Under the pieces are notes generated by a model. That model ran no database searches and was not told the origin of the DNA. It saw nothing but the letters and a program-made list of their open reading frames with translations. Below are positions 25,997 through 36,502 of a stretch of DNA of 53,742 bases, piece after piece. The stretch is from a virus (lineage: Duplodnaviria > Caudoviricetes), in the IMG/VR virus record IMGVR_UViG_3300018757_000034, positions 1 to 53,742 of that record. One strand, 5' to 3'. Both the position numbers and the translations under genes were made by a program. Each line of letters begins with the position of its first letter. Position 1 is the stretch's first letter.

Positions 25997-27535
25997 ATGG
26001 CTCAACAATCTGTAAAAGCCACCGTGTTCAAAGCGAATGCGCCGAGCGAAACGACCAAACAGATTTATGAAGATCAGTTCACCTATCAAGGAAATGACAT
26101 CATCGAGCCGCCTTATAGTTTGAAGGAATTGAAAAGCATCGCAGAGTATTCAACGATCCTGCAGCAGTGCATTCACGCCTACAAAACGAATATTCTCGGC
26201 TTTGGCTTTGATGTGGAATACACCTTTGACATTAACGGGGATGATGTACAGTCTGAAAAAAAGCAGGCTGCGGAAAATGATTGGACTCGGCTTGAGGAAT
26301 TTATCCGCTACCTTCATTTTGATGAATCAGCCGAAATTGTTGTCGGATACGCTATAGAAGATCGGGAGAAAACCGGGAACGGATTTCTAGAAGTTCTTCG
26401 CAACGGGACCGGGCAGCCGGCGGGAGTTGAATATCTTGATGTTAAAAACATGAGGGTGTGCCACTATACAGAGCCGATCGAAGTAGAATTCACATTTCGG
26501 GAGCACAATGAAATCAAAACGATGAAGCGGAAGAAAAGATTCCGGAAGTACGTTCAGATGGTTGATGGAAAACAGGTCTTCTTCAAGGAATACGGGGATC
26601 CGCGAATTATGAATTTGCGGACTGGCAAATATGAAGCCAACACTCCAGAGGAGCTTCAAGCTAACGAAGTCATTCACTTCAAGCTCGGCAGCGGTGCTTA
26701 TGGCGTTCCCCGTTGGATTGGGCATATCGTAAATCTATACGGGGCCAGAAAAGCGGAAGAACTGAATTACATGTACTTTAAGCAAGGCAGGCATATCCCG
26801 GCAGCCATCACGGTGGAAAACGGGATGCTTTCTGAAGCCTCTTATCAACAGCTGCAGGAGTACATGAATGACCTTGAAGGCACAGAAAACGCTCATAAAT
26901 TCCTCCTGCTTGAAGTAGAGGGAATACCAACTGAAAAGGGCATTACGGGGGAAGAGAATGTTTCTTCCGTCAAAGTTGATATTAAGTCCCTGGGCGAAAT
27001 TCTGCAGCAAGACGCCTTATTTCTTGAATATGACGAGAAAAGCAGAAGCAAGCTGCGTTCTGCCTTCCGTCTGCCGCCGCTGTATACAGGGGAAGCACAC
27101 GAGTATAACAAGGCAACCGCGGACACCGCTCGAAAAATCACAGAAGAACAAGTCTTTCAGCCGGAAAGGAAGATCATAACCGGCAAACTGAATAATTTGT
27201 TTCTGTCTGATTTGAATATTTATCATGCTCAGCTTACTTTAAAAGGTCCAGACTTCCGTGATCCGATGGAGATTGCCAAAGTATTAGGGCCTTTTATTAA
27301 TGCCGGTGCAGTATCTCCCAATGATCTCCGGGATCTGGCTGGTCGTGTTCTTGGGAAAACACTTGAAGAATGGCCGGAGGATGAATACAGTCGGCCGCTT
27401 GGCAAGGTACAAAACAATTCTTCTGATCCGCTGCAGGCTCTTTTTCAAAAATCAAAAGATAATCGTTCAGAGGATTTGATCATGCTGCTGAAGGATATGA
27501 GGGATGTCCTTGAGGAGTTGAAGCAAAATGAATAA
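25997..27535 (+). CDS. xkdE: Portal protein (XkdE/YqbA)
   Basis: Synteny; YGVPRW and SAFRLPP motifs. Confidence 0.92.
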   Translation: MAQQSVKATVFKANAPSETTKQIYEDQFTYQGNDIIEPPYSLKELKSIAEYSTILQQCIHAYKTNILGFGFDVEYTFDINGDDVQSEKKQAAENDWTRLEEFIRYLHFDESAEIVVGYAIEDREKTGNGFLEVLRNGTGQPAGVEYLDVKNMRVCHYTEPIEVEFTFREHNEIKTMKRKKRFRKYVQMVDGKQVFFKEYGDPRIMNLRTGKYEANTPEELQANEVIHFKLGSGAYGVPRWIGHIVNLYGARKAEELNYMYFKQGRHIPAAITVENGMLSEASYQQLQEYMNDLEGTENAHKFLLLEVEGIPTEKGITGEENVSSVKVDIKSLGEILQQDALFLEYDEKSRSKLRSAFRLPPLYTGEAHEYNKATADTARKITEEQVFQPERKIITGKLNNLFLSDLNIYHAQLTLKGPDFRDPMEIAKVLGPFINAGAVSPNDLRDLAGRVLGKTLEEWPEDEYSRPLGKVQNNSSDPLQALFQKSKDNRSEDLIMLLKDMRDVLEELKQNE

Positions 27536-28445
27536 GACCGATCAGCTTTTAAACAGTCTGAACGTCTTTATTCGAAAGGCCGAGGAAGATGATGAAAAAT
27601 CACTCGTGGAGGTTATACCTGATTTCCCCGGCCTTTCTAAAATACCCGGTTATGTCCAGGAATATGAAAAAAAGGTCGCCAGATTGCTCAGAAGCCAGCG
27701 TAAGAAGTTTTTAAATGGTGTGAATGATTTTGTAAGCAAAGACTCAAAAGAGACGTTAAAAGCCATTCTGGTGTATTTTACGCAGAATCTATTTGCAGGG
27801 GACGACTTCGAGGAGCAATTTCAAGAGCTGACAGAAGGTTTCCTTCAGCAGACCATTGAGGAGCTGGCTTCTGTCATCATGGATTCATTGGATCCTGAAG
27901 TACCGTTTAAAGTTCTTTCGAGTCGTTCAACAAATTGGATCAAAGGCTGGTCCGAAGAGCTGGCCGAGATCATGAAATTGAATACCCATGAGGCGGTAGA
28001 AAACGTGCTGACAGATGCCATCAAGAACGGTTCTTCTATTCAGGACATTGAATTGACTCTCCGGGACTTGCCGCAGTTTGATAGATCGCGAGCACGGATA
28101 ACAGCCATAACTGAAGTGCTTGCCGCTTCCTCTGCAGCGCAGCAGGAGGCTTATTCTCAATCGCCGGCTGTCATCGCGAAAAAGTGGAAGCACAGCGGGG
28201 GAAAGAAAAATAATCCGCGTGAAAATCACATGGTTCTCGATGGAACGATTGTTGGAGTAGATGAAGAATTCATGATTCCAGGTAGCGGTGAAACCTGCAT
28301 GCATCCAAGAGATTCAAAGCTGTCAGCAAAGGAGCGGGTTCATTGTCATTGCGTTCTATCACCCGTGGTTGATAACAAAATTTTAGGGTTATCACTTGAA
28401 GAAAAAGAAGAGATTCGAAGAGAAGCCTTAGCAAATATGGAATAA
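27528..28445 (+). CDS. Minor head morphogenesis protein (Mu gpF/YqbB-like)
   Basis: RARITAITE, PRENH...DG, VHCHC motifs. Confidence 0.88.
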   Translation: MNKTDQLLNSLNVFIRKAEEDDEKSLVEVIPDFPGLSKIPGYVQEYEKKVARLLRSQRKKFLNGVNDFVSKDSKETLKAILVYFTQNLFAGDDFEEQFQELTEGFLQQTIEELASVIMDSLDPEVPFKVLSSRSTNWIKGWSEELAEIMKLNTHEAVENVLTDAIKNGSSIQDIELTLRDLPQFDRSRARITAITEVLAASSAAQQEAYSQSPAVIAKKWKHSGGKKNNPRENHMVLDGTIVGVDEEFMIPGSGETCMHPRDSKLSAKERVHCHCVLSPVVDNKILGLSLEEKEEIRREALANME

Positions 28446-28486
28446 AGTAGTATAATAGCCTCATTATATAATAGTGGGGTTTTAAT

Positions 28487-29344
28487 ATGGATTTGAATGC
28501 TTTTGGGTTTATAAAGGAATACTTACCTGTTATTACTGTAGTTTTATCAGCGTTTATTGCATTTATTTCAACTATTCGACACAAAGACCTTGAAAGGTTT
28601 TATAAAAATGCTGAAAATAACTTAGAAAAAGTAATCGAACCTATGTATCTTAAGGTTAAAAACATCGAAAATATCGAGGATAGACAACATAAAATTGAGC
28701 TGATTAAAGACTTTTTCGATATTTATGATTCGAAAAAAATGAATATCTCAAAGCTTGGGAATAGACAGTTGATTAATAAATTTTTTGAGACAGAGAAGGC
28801 ATTTAATCAATATATTCTTAAATTTGATGAAGAAAGTTTGAAATCATTATTCTTTAAAGTAAGGAGTCTAAAATACAATATTGAAAAAGAGTATTGGAGG
28901 CTGTTTGAGACTATATATAAGGACTACAACTGGTATAAAAAAACTGTAGACATGAATTATCTATTCCGCTTTTTTTTAAGAGTCTCTTTTTTTATTGAAA
29001 GTACCTTATATGCAGTTACTTGGATATCATTTGGTTTTGTACTGTTTGTAATTTTTGACGAAGTGTCTGTTAGTGAAGCAGTTTGGGTTGAAAACTTTAA
29101 AGAAGATATTTTATCTGCACTTATAATTTTTATTTCGTCTCTTGCCACTCTTTATATTTCTATGTTTATTAATTTTGCTTTTGCAGACGATACAAAACAG
29201 AAAAAAAGATTCGTCGATTATGCATCGGCGGGTTTAACTTATGTATTGAAGAAGATTTCTTTGAAAAATCGAGAATGGAAAGAAGAACGAGCTAATCGCA
29301 AAGTAGAAAGAGAACGTGCTGCCCGCTCAAAAGTAAATGATTAA
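28487..29344 (+). CDS. AT-rich membrane protein (moron in the head module)
   Basis: N-terminal TM plus two C-terminal TMs; markedly lower GC than flanks; TATAAT boxes upstream. Confidence 0.8.
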   Translation: MDLNAFGFIKEYLPVITVVLSAFIAFISTIRHKDLERFYKNAENNLEKVIEPMYLKVKNIENIEDRQHKIELIKDFFDIYDSKKMNISKLGNRQLINKFFETEKAFNQYILKFDEESLKSLFFKVRSLKYNIEKEYWRLFETIYKDYNWYKKTVDMNYLFRFFLRVSFFIESTLYAVTWISFGFVLFVIFDEVSVSEAVWVENFKEDILSALIIFISSLATLYISMFINFAFADDTKQKKRFVDYASAGLTYVLKKISLKNREWKEERANRKVERERAARSKVND

Positions 29345-29364
29345 GCTTGAAAGGGGGTGAATAA

Positions 29365-30336
29365 ATGCCACGCGAATTAGTAAACGCAAAAATCACACAT
29401 GTTTCTTATGTAGACAAGGCTGCTAACCAAAAGCAGTTCTTTTTTATGAAGTCAGAAAAACAGCCGGACTTTCAGAAAGAAATCAAGGTCCTGACAAAAG
29501 CGGATGATGAAAAAAAGCTTGTATACGGGATTGTATATGAACCAGATACGCCAGACGCTCATGGGGATTTCATGACAGCTGCCGAAATTGAGAAAGCAGC
29601 CCATGGATTCCTAAAGGATGCCAGGGAGATTGATAAGCAACATGATTTTCAAGGCGGCGTCGGTGAAGTGGTGGAATCCTATGTCGCGCCGGCGGACTTT
29701 GAGGTCAATGGTGAAACCATAAAAAAAGGATCATGGGTGCTTGTCACAAAAGCTTCGGATGAGGTCTGGGAGCAGATCAAAAAAGGCGACATCACAGGGT
29801 ATTCAATGGCCGGCACCGCCGAAACAATCGAAAAACAAAAAGAGAAGCCTGTTTCTCCTTCTGCCAATGAAGAGAAAGGGCTTTTTAATTTGCTGAAAAA
29901 CTTCTTTTTAGGCAAAAGCGAGGAGGAAGAAACGTCTGTAGAAAAAGCTGGTCGCAAGTTTTCGGCATCCAACCTGAATGAAATCAAAAGTGCTCATGCT
30001 GCACTCGGCAATTTGTTGAGTCAGGCAGAAGTCGAAGAGGAGGAAGACGAGTTGAAAAAAGAAGATATTGAAAAATTGCTTGATGACAAATTAAACCCGA
30101 TCACCAAGCGACTTGATGAAATTGAAAAGGAAGCTGAGCCTGCAGAGGGCGACGGAAAGGATGAAGAACAGTCCCTTGTTAAACAAATGGATGAGCTGCT
30201 TGAACAAAAGCTCTCACCTATTCAAGAGCGGTTGGAAGCTGTTGAAAAGAGCCGCAGTCTTTCAAAACAAGCCGGGGATGACCAAGTCTTAGACCAAGAA
30301 GAAGTCAAAAAGTCCGTTTGGGACGGCTTACTTTAA
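29365..30336 (+). CDS. xkdF: XkdF/YqbD-like prohead protease-scaffold
   Basis: SYVDKAAN, DAHGD, ITGYSMAG motifs; coiled-coil C-terminus. Confidence 0.9.
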   Translation: MPRELVNAKITHVSYVDKAANQKQFFFMKSEKQPDFQKEIKVLTKADDEKKLVYGIVYEPDTPDAHGDFMTAAEIEKAAHGFLKDAREIDKQHDFQGGVGEVVESYVAPADFEVNGETIKKGSWVLVTKASDEVWEQIKKGDITGYSMAGTAETIEKQKEKPVSPSANEEKGLFNLLKNFFLGKSEEEETSVEKAGRKFSASNLNEIKSAHAALGNLLSQAEVEEEEDELKKEDIEKLLDDKLNPITKRLDEIEKEAEPAEGDGKDEEQSLVKQMDELLEQKLSPIQERLEAVEKSRSLSKQAGDDQVLDQEEVKKSVWDGLL

Positions 30337-30348
30337 AGGAGGAATACG

Positions 30349-31284
30349 ATGAGAAACCAGGAGATTATCAACAAGGCAGAAATGACGCTCGCTTCACTGA
30401 AAAGCGGCGGGCTGATGAACCCTACTCAAGCATCAACGTTTATCCGTATGGTGCAAGATACGCCAACAATTTTAAATGATGCCCGCATCATTCCGATGGA
30501 CCACGATGCACAGAAATTTGAGAAGATCGGTTTTGGCCAGCGTATTCTGAGGGCAGCAGAGGAAGGAAAGTCACTTTCTTCTGATGAAAGAGCTGTTCCA
30601 ACTACAAGTACGATCGGTATGAACGCAAAAGAAGTCATCGCAGAAGTCCACATCACGTATGACACTCTCGAAAACAACATCGAAAAAGATGGCCTGCAAA
30701 ACACCATCATGCAGATGCTGGCTGAGCGCGCAGCAGTGGATATCGAGGAATTGATCATTAACGGTGATTCAAAATCAGATGATTCATTCCTTGCACAAAT
30801 TGATGGAATCCGTAAGCAAGCCCAATCTCACATTGTGGATGCTGCGGGGGGAGAGTTGTCACGGCAAATTTTCAAACGGGGTTATAAGGCTGTACCGCCT
30901 AAATATTTGCGCGTGCCGCAGGAATTCCGTTTCTATACTTCACCAGGTATCGAAGTTGAATGGAAGGATAAGGTGGCCGATCGTCAAACCAACTTAGGGG
31001 ATGCTGCTGTTCAAGGCGGGCTTTCTTCTGCTTTTGGTGTGCCGATCAAGGGAATTGCAAACATGCAGCCATATTCCACTGGCGAAGGAGAAAAAGCGAT
31101 CGACGTATCAGACGTCATTTTGACTCATCCGAAAAACATCGTGCTCGGATTTTCCCGTAATATCCGAATTGAAGTCGATAAAGATATCCGCCGACGAAAA
31201 TTCATTATTGTTTTGACAGCAAAACTCGACAGCGTGTTTGAGGAAGAGAACGCGGTAGCCAAAATCATCAAGGTCAAAGAGTAG
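30349..31284 (+). CDS. xkdG: Major capsid protein (XkdG/YqbE)
   Basis: Synteny; [23 protein letters not shown]. Confidence 0.92.
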   Translation: MRNQEIINKAEMTLASLKSGGLMNPTQASTFIRMVQDTPTILNDARIIPMDHDAQKFEKIGFGQRILRAAEEGKSLSSDERAVPTTSTIGMNAKEVIAEVHITYDTLENNIEKDGLQNTIMQMLAERAAVDIEELIINGDSKSDDSFLAQIDGIRKQAQSHIVDAAGGELSRQIFKRGYKAVPPKYLRVPQEFRFYTSPGIEVEWKDKVADRQTNLGDAAVQGGLSSAFGVPIKGIANMQPYSTGEGEKAIDVSDVILTHPKNIVLGFSRNIRIEVDKDIRRRKFIIVLTAKLDSVFEEENAVAKIIKVKE

Positions 31285-31294
31285 GTGAAGACAC

Positions 31295-31708
31295 ATGGCA
31301 GATACCTATAAAGCGCAGCTGATCAAAGGGAAAACTTACGATGTAATGGACCATGTTTTTACCCTGGGTGCAGAGCGGGACGTCAAGAAATCGTTGTATC
31401 TCTATCTTAAAGACAATGAACAGTTTAATTGCGAATTGATCAAAGAAAAAGAAGAGAAAGAAGACCCCGAGACTGGCGGCGAGTCCAAGGATGACGGCGC
31501 AAAAGACAGCGGCGAATCGAATGAAGAGGAAACGGCCGCTAAAACATCAGCGGCGTCGCCTGCTTCAAAAGTATACACAGAATCAGAATTGAGAGGCATG
31601 ACGAAGGCGGAACAAGAGACCATTATCTCTGATCTTGGTGGCGATCCAGCAGCGTTCAAAAACGCAGATGAAAGGATTACCTTTATCCTACAGAAACAAG
31701 GGGAGTGA
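31295..31708 (+). CDS. YqbF-like head protein
   Basis: LIKGKTY start; YTESELRGMTKAEQE tail. Confidence 0.75.
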   Translation: MADTYKAQLIKGKTYDVMDHVFTLGAERDVKKSLYLYLKDNEQFNCELIKEKEEKEDPETGGESKDDGAKDSGESNEEETAAKTSAASPASKVYTESELRGMTKAEQETIISDLGGDPAAFKNADERITFILQKQGE

Positions 31709-31714
31709 TGCGGG

Positions 31715-32110
31715 ATGCTGATCACTCCTGACGAAGTGATTGCCTATTCTGTTTTCGATACGGTAAAGGCTCGGCCTGAGGATCTGCTTCAGCATGATAT
31801 TTTAGAGGCTGAAACCGAGATTCAAAGCATTGTCGGGGATAATTTTTCTGATGAGAAATATCAGCCGCTGCCGGAAAAGGTCAAGCTGGCCTTATTAAAG
31901 ATGGCGCAATATTTCGCTTTGATTAATTCTGATGAATCTATCGTCAAGGGCTATAAATCTGAAAAAATCGGAGACTATTCCTATACGCTTGGAGATGGTC
32001 AGACCATTCAAAAGCCAGATGTCGAAAATCTATTAAAAGATTTTGTTGAGGATCCAAATGTCCCACCTGATGGTAAAGGATCTGTCCTTCTTAGGGTGAG
32101 GGCATTATGA
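31715..32110 (+). CDS. Head-tail adaptor (YqbG-like)
   Basis: MLITPDEV...SEKIGDYSY. Confidence 0.82.
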   Translation: MLITPDEVIAYSVFDTVKARPEDLLQHDILEAETEIQSIVGDNFSDEKYQPLPEKVKLALLKMAQYFALINSDESIVKGYKSEKIGDYSYTLGDGQTIQKPDVENLLKDFVEDPNVPPDGKGSVLLRVRAL

Positions 32111-32463
32111 GCTACAGCCGGCTCTTAACACACTGTTGTGACATCTACCATCTAAAAGAGGAACAGCCGGCGGAATCCCGGTATGGTGTTCCGGTTCAGG
32201 ATGGCCAGCCAGAATTCTCTTATCTCGATGAACCGGATATTTTGGATCAAGCTTGTTACTTTACGGAGAAAAATCAATCCGTTGTGCAGCAGGAGCCGAA
32301 TACATTGATCGTTCAATCCTTTCTGGTTCATTTCCCAGCTTCAGCGGATATTCGACTGAATGACAAAGTGGTTTGGGAAGGAACTTTTTATAAGCTGCAG
32401 AAGCCAAGAAAAATTAAAAATCATCACATTGAAGTGACGGCAGTCAGGAGTGACGATCTATGA
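32107..32463 (+). CDS. xkdH: Head-tail joining protein (XkdH/YqbH)
   Basis: [15 protein letters not shown]; synteny. Confidence 0.85.
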   Translation: MSYSRLLTHCCDIYHLKEEQPAESRYGVPVQDGQPEFSYLDEPDILDQACYFTEKNQSVVQQEPNTLIVQSFLVHFPASADIRLNDKVVWEGTFYKLQKPRKIKNHHIEVTAVRSDDL

Positions 32464-32957
32464 GAATTGACGGCTTGGATGAATTTATTCAGGCACTCGA
32501 TGAAGCAATTGACGGAGGGCTTCAAAGTCAGTATGAGCTCTGGCTTGAGGCGATGGGCTATGAGTTTTTGGATATTGTGCAAGATGAAATTATGAGAACT
32601 GAAACGGTTGAAACACGCCGCTTGCTCAATTCCTTTCAAAAAGGTGACGCGGACAATATTTTCTCTACTACTGCCGGCAATCTGACATTGGATGTAGGGA
32701 CCAACTTGGATTATGCTTCTTTTGCAAACGACGGGCACTTTACAATTGATCCATCAAAGAATCTTGACCGCCGGTGGGTTCCTGGGCGTTGGAAAGGTGA
32801 TCGCTTTGAATATGATCCCGCTGCGGAAACCGGAATGCTGTTGAAGTTTCAATGGGTTGACGGATCTGGCTACTGGGACAATGCCCTGTCCATCTTTGAG
32901 CGAATGTTTGAAAAAAGTTTAGACCGCAAGCTTCAGGAATGGCTGGATGAATTCTAA
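32460..32957 (+). CDS. xkdI: HK97 gp10-like neck protein (XkdI)
   Basis: VGTNLDYASFANDGH motif. Confidence 0.85.
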   Translation: MRIDGLDEFIQALDEAIDGGLQSQYELWLEAMGYEFLDIVQDEIMRTETVETRRLLNSFQKGDADNIFSTTAGNLTLDVGTNLDYASFANDGHFTIDPSKNLDRRWVPGRWKGDRFEYDPAAETGMLLKFQWVDGSGYWDNALSIFERMFEKSLDRKLQEWLDEF

Positions 32958-32970
32958 AGGTGGTGATGGC

Positions 32971-33411
32971 TTGAACGATGAAGTCGGGTCCATTATGAAT
33001 TTCTTTTATCGGGTGTTTCCCGTCCAAATATATGACCGGGAGATTCCTATTCAAATTAAAACCCCGTCTCTCTATTTTCCGCCGCCTTTCGTAGCGGATG
33101 GAAATGACACCGTATCAACGTATATGAAAACATACAGCCTCAATGTGAAGCTATTTCATAAGGATTCACAACAGGCCCACGATGAAGCTGAGAAGATCGC
33201 TGAGGCTGTACGGGAAAGGCGCAGCACGATTCCTCTTGTTGATACTGAAGGAACTGAGACGGGAGAATCCTTGCGAATCAATCGGATAGAATCACGAATA
33301 TCTGATAAAGGGGTCGCTGTGCTGGTTGTTCAATGGAACAGCCGGTATTGGTACAAAAGAGATGAAAAGCCAGCTCTTCAAGATTTTGATTTTACAAGCG
33401 GGGTGAAATAA
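32971..33411 (+). CDS. xkdJ: Tail terminator-like protein (XkdJ)
   Basis: PSLYFPPP; synteny; TTG start. Confidence 0.8.
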   Translation: MNDEVGSIMNFFYRVFPVQIYDREIPIQIKTPSLYFPPPFVADGNDTVSTYMKTYSLNVKLFHKDSQQAHDEAEKIAEAVRERRSTIPLVDTEGTETGESLRINRIESRISDKGVAVLVVQWNSRYWYKRDEKPALQDFDFTSGVK

Positions 33412-33639
33412 GTGGATACAAAGAAAGTAAAAAATGAAGAGGTTCAGGGGCAAGAGAATGCCACGCGCCGCCCTGAATCTCTTTTTCATATTCAAGACTT
33501 ACGGGAGCACAGTAAAGAGCTGTTCGGGGTTAAACCGGAAGTTCTGGACGGTGCTCTTTTTGGTTTAGACCAGAAGCAAGTCACAAAATCAGAAGCGAAG
33601 AAACGCATCCGCGAATTTCTTCGGAAGGAGGCTAACTAA
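33412..33639 (+). CDS. Small tail-region protein
   Basis: LREHSKELFGVKPEVLDGALF; precedes the sheath gene. Confidence 0.75.
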   Translation: MDTKKVKNEEVQGQENATRRPESLFHIQDLREHSKELFGVKPEVLDGALFGLDQKQVTKSEAKKRIREFLRKEAN

Positions 33640-35040
33640 ATGAATGGCGGAACATTTACGCCCGGCAAGGAAAAGGAACGTGCCGGCATTTATTTTAATT
33701 TCAAAACAACAGCCCAGGAACGCGTTTCTCTTGGTGAGCGTGGGATTGCGGCTATTCCTGTTAAAACAAGCTGGGGAGAAGCGAAAAAGTTCATTTCAAT
33801 TTCAAGCATTGAGGACTTGAATAAGAAAGTCGGTTTGCCAATTGATGATCCAACCCTCCTACTTTTCAGAGAGGCTAAGAAAAAAGCACAGACGGTTCTC
33901 CTGTATCGCTTGAATGAAGGAAACCGGGCTACAGGTGATATTGATGAAGGTGTAAAAGCTACAGCCAATTATGGCGGCACAAAGGGCAATGACATTATTA
34001 TTCAAGTCAGCGAGAATGTCCTGGATTCTTCAAAATTTGACGTCACTACATTCTTTAATCAGTCTGAGGTCGATAAACAGACGGTTTCTAAGGCAGAGGA
34101 ACTCAAGTCAAACCAATACGTCACCTTCACTGGAAAAGGAGAACTGACCATTACAATTCCGCTTTCAGGGGCTGAAGGTGACAAGGAAGAAGGAAAATTA
34201 AACACTTCTGCCGGAGTCCGGTTGTCTGGCGGCACAGACAAAAGTGTATCGAATGAAGACTATATGGACTTCTTGGAGGCAGCCGAAACAGAATACTTCG
34301 ATACCATCGCATTACCGGTGAAAAACAGTGAGCAGCTGAAAGCCACATTCGTATCCTTTATTCAGCGTTTACGGGATAAGCAAGGGCGCAAGGTTCAAGG
34401 TGTTCTTTCCGGTTATAAAGGCGATTATGAAGGCATTATCAATGTGACAGAAGGCGTGCTGTTGGAAGACGGTACAGAAATTGCGCCGCATCAGGCCACA
34501 GCATGGGTAGCCGGGGCCAGCGCGGGAGCTTCTTTCAATCAATCCTTGACCTTTGTTGAATACGAAGGTGCGGTGGATGTCCTGAACCGCCTTGATGATG
34601 ACACAGTCATTGAAAAGCTGAACAACGGGGAGTTCTTGTTCACGTTCGATGCCCGTGATAAATCCGTCAGTGTTGAAAAGGATATTAATTCTCTCACGAC
34701 CTATACGGCCGAGAAGAATAAAAAATTCTCGAAAAACAAAATCATCCGGGTACTTGATGCCATTAACAACGATCTCACGCGGGAACTGAAGGCGCTCATT
34801 AAATCCAGAAAAGGAACCGGCAGTGACATCCCGGCTTCTGATGATGGCCTGCAGTATGTCAAAACGCTCATCATTCAATACCTGACGACACTTGAAGACG
34901 GAGACGGGATTATAGGATTTGATTCAGATAACGATCTGACTATCAAGCTGAATGAGAACCGTGACGGATTCTTGATTGACTTGGCCGTTCAGCCGGTTGA
35001 CGCAGCTGAAAAATTCTACTTCAATGTGGAGGTGAAGTAA
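33640..35040 (+). CDS. xkdK: Tail sheath protein (XkdK)
   Basis: MNGGTF...ERAGIYFNF; AWVAGASAGA; KNKIIRVLD. Confidence 0.93.
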   Translation: MNGGTFTPGKEKERAGIYFNFKTTAQERVSLGERGIAAIPVKTSWGEAKKFISISSIEDLNKKVGLPIDDPTLLLFREAKKKAQTVLLYRLNEGNRATGDIDEGVKATANYGGTKGNDIIIQVSENVLDSSKFDVTTFFNQSEVDKQTVSKAEELKSNQYVTFTGKGELTITIPLSGAEGDKEEGKLNTSAGVRLSGGTDKSVSNEDYMDFLEAAETEYFDTIALPVKNSEQLKATFVSFIQRLRDKQGRKVQGVLSGYKGDYEGIINVTEGVLLEDGTEIAPHQATAWVAGASAGASFNQSLTFVEYEGAVDVLNRLDDDTVIEKLNNGEFLFTFDARDKSVSVEKDINSLTTYTAEKNKKFSKNKIIRVLDAINNDLTRELKALIKSRKGTGSDIPASDDGLQYVKTLIIQYLTTLEDGDGIIGFDSDNDLTIKLNENRDGFLIDLAVQPVDAAEKFYFNVEVK

Positions 35041-35041
35041 G

Positions 35042-35485
35042 ATGGCTTTTAAAGCTCAAAACACGATCTCAGGAAAAGAAGGCCGTCTGTTTTTGGATGG
35101 TGAAGAACTGGCCTTTATTAAAACATTTGAAGCAAACGTGGAGAAAAATAAAGCAGAGGTCAATGTCATGGGCCGCCGTATGACAGGGCATAAGACAACG
35201 GGGGCAAATGGAACAGGAACAGCCACGTTCTACAAAGTTACATCACGATTTGTGCAGCTGATGCTGAACTATGTGAAAAAGGGAGAAGATCCGTATTTCA
35301 CATTGCAGGCCGTTCTCGATGACCAGTCTTCCGGCCGCGGAACAGAACGAGTCACACTGTTTGATGTGAACTTTGACTCCGCCAAAATCGCAGGGCTCGA
35401 TGTAGACTCAGAAGCGCTTGAGGAGGAAGTGCCGTTTACTTTCGAGGATTTTGATTTGCCTGAGAAATTGAATGATGCGTTTTGA
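35042..35485 (+). CDS. xkdM: Tail tube protein (XkdM)
   Basis: NTISGKEG...EEEVPFTFEDFD. Confidence 0.93.
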   Translation: MAFKAQNTISGKEGRLFLDGEELAFIKTFEANVEKNKAEVNVMGRRMTGHKTTGANGTGTATFYKVTSRFVQLMLNYVKKGEDPYFTLQAVLDDQSSGRGTERVTLFDVNFDSAKIAGLDVDSEALEEEVPFTFEDFDLPEKLNDAF

Positions 35486-35635
35486 AAACTAATGAATAGG
35501 GTATAAGTGTAAACAAGAGTTTTTTTGAGTAAATAAAAGGATATTAGCGGAATATGTCCATTTTTTAAGGTATTCAAATTTAAGGTGTTTACACTTTTTG
35601 TGTACTCGGATGGCTCAATATAGTATAATAAGTAT

Positions 35636-35838
35636 TCAAATAGAGAACTTTTGAATAGTACTATTCAAAAACGGCATTAAGTATTTTTTTCATTGTAAAT
35701 GCATAAAATAAAGAAGACCCGACTGCGGCCAACAGTCGAGTCAGATGTACAAAGTGGCCCTCAAGGGGCTGGCTCAAAATCGTCTTAAATAGACTTTCCC
35801 TTTAAACTTTTGCGGGTCTCAAGGGAAGTCTATTTTTC
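35636..35838 (+). ncRNA. Putative antisense antitoxin RNA of a type I TA locus (5' end uncertain)
   Basis: TATAAT at 35624; terminator AGACTTTCCCTT/AAGGGAAGTCT overlapping the toxin 3' end; convergent terminator at 35706-35742. Confidence 0.6.
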
Positions 35839-35907
35839 TTTCTTCGACAACACGGCAATTAACATGCCAAAAGCAATCATTAATGAGATTGTTTCGTATG
35901 TTGTCAT
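35830..35907 (-). CDS. Type I toxin peptide, BsrG/BsrH-like (25 aa), not in the ORF track
   Basis: MTTYETISLMIAFGMLIAVLSKKEK; RBS GGGGGTGA; same position as skin txpA/bsrH between tube and chaperone genes. Confidence 0.85.
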   Translation of the reverse strand: MTTYETISLMIAFGMLIAVLSKKEK

Positions 35908-35987
35908 AAGCATCACCCCCTTCCATAGGGGATGAGCCAACTTCCCTTGAGTGAGCCGAAACTTTGTACAAAGAATATTTTACCATA

Positions 35988-36017
35988 ACACTCTCAAACA
36001 CCGAGAGTGTTTTTTTA
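35988..36017 (+). terminator. Intrinsic terminator within the tail operon
   Basis: ACACTCTC-AAACACC-GAGAGTGT plus T-run. Confidence 0.8.
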
Positions 36018-36052
36018 TTGCCTAAAGACAAAATGAAAAGGAGCTAATACAC

Positions 36053-36502
36053 ATGAGCGAAAAACAAAACGAAAAAGTATATGATCTTTCCTTCTTTATG
36101 CCGGGACAAACCGAGGAATCGGAAGAAGTAAAGGTGCCTATCTCTAAGCGTTTTAAAGACAAAGAGGGAAACGTCATTCCTTTTGTGTTCAAAGCCATCA
36201 CGACAGAGCGCATCGATGAGTTAGAAAAAGAGAACACAACTTTTAAAAATGTGAAAGGCCGGGGCCGTGTGAAAGACTTGGACACTCAACGTTTCTATGC
36301 CCGAATTGCGGTTGAGTCTACTGTTTACCCGGATTTTCGTTCAAAAGAGTTGCGTGAGGCATATAAAACACCTGATCCAGTAGAAGTCGCCAAGCGCGTG
36401 CTGTCAGTCGGCGGTGAATATGCGAACTGGCTCAACAAAGCAATCGAAATCAACGGCTTTGAAGACGATCCAGAAGATTTAGAAGCCGCTGTAAAAAACT
36501 AA
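36053..36502 (+). CDS. xkdN: Tail assembly chaperone (XkdN)
   Basis: YDLSFFMPG start; ends in slippery A-AAA-AAC-TAA. Confidence 0.9.
   Translation: MSEKQNEKVYDLSFFMPGQTEESEEVKVPISKRFKDKEGNVIPFVFKAITTERIDELEKENTTFKNVKGRGRVKDLDTQRFYARIAVESTVYPDFRSKELREAYKTPDPVEVAKRVLSVGGEYANWLNKAIEINGFEDDPEDLEAAVKN

Noticed and set aside
35819-36031. 70-aa minus-strand ORF
   Set aside because: The RBS-supported toxin is in another frame (35830-35907).
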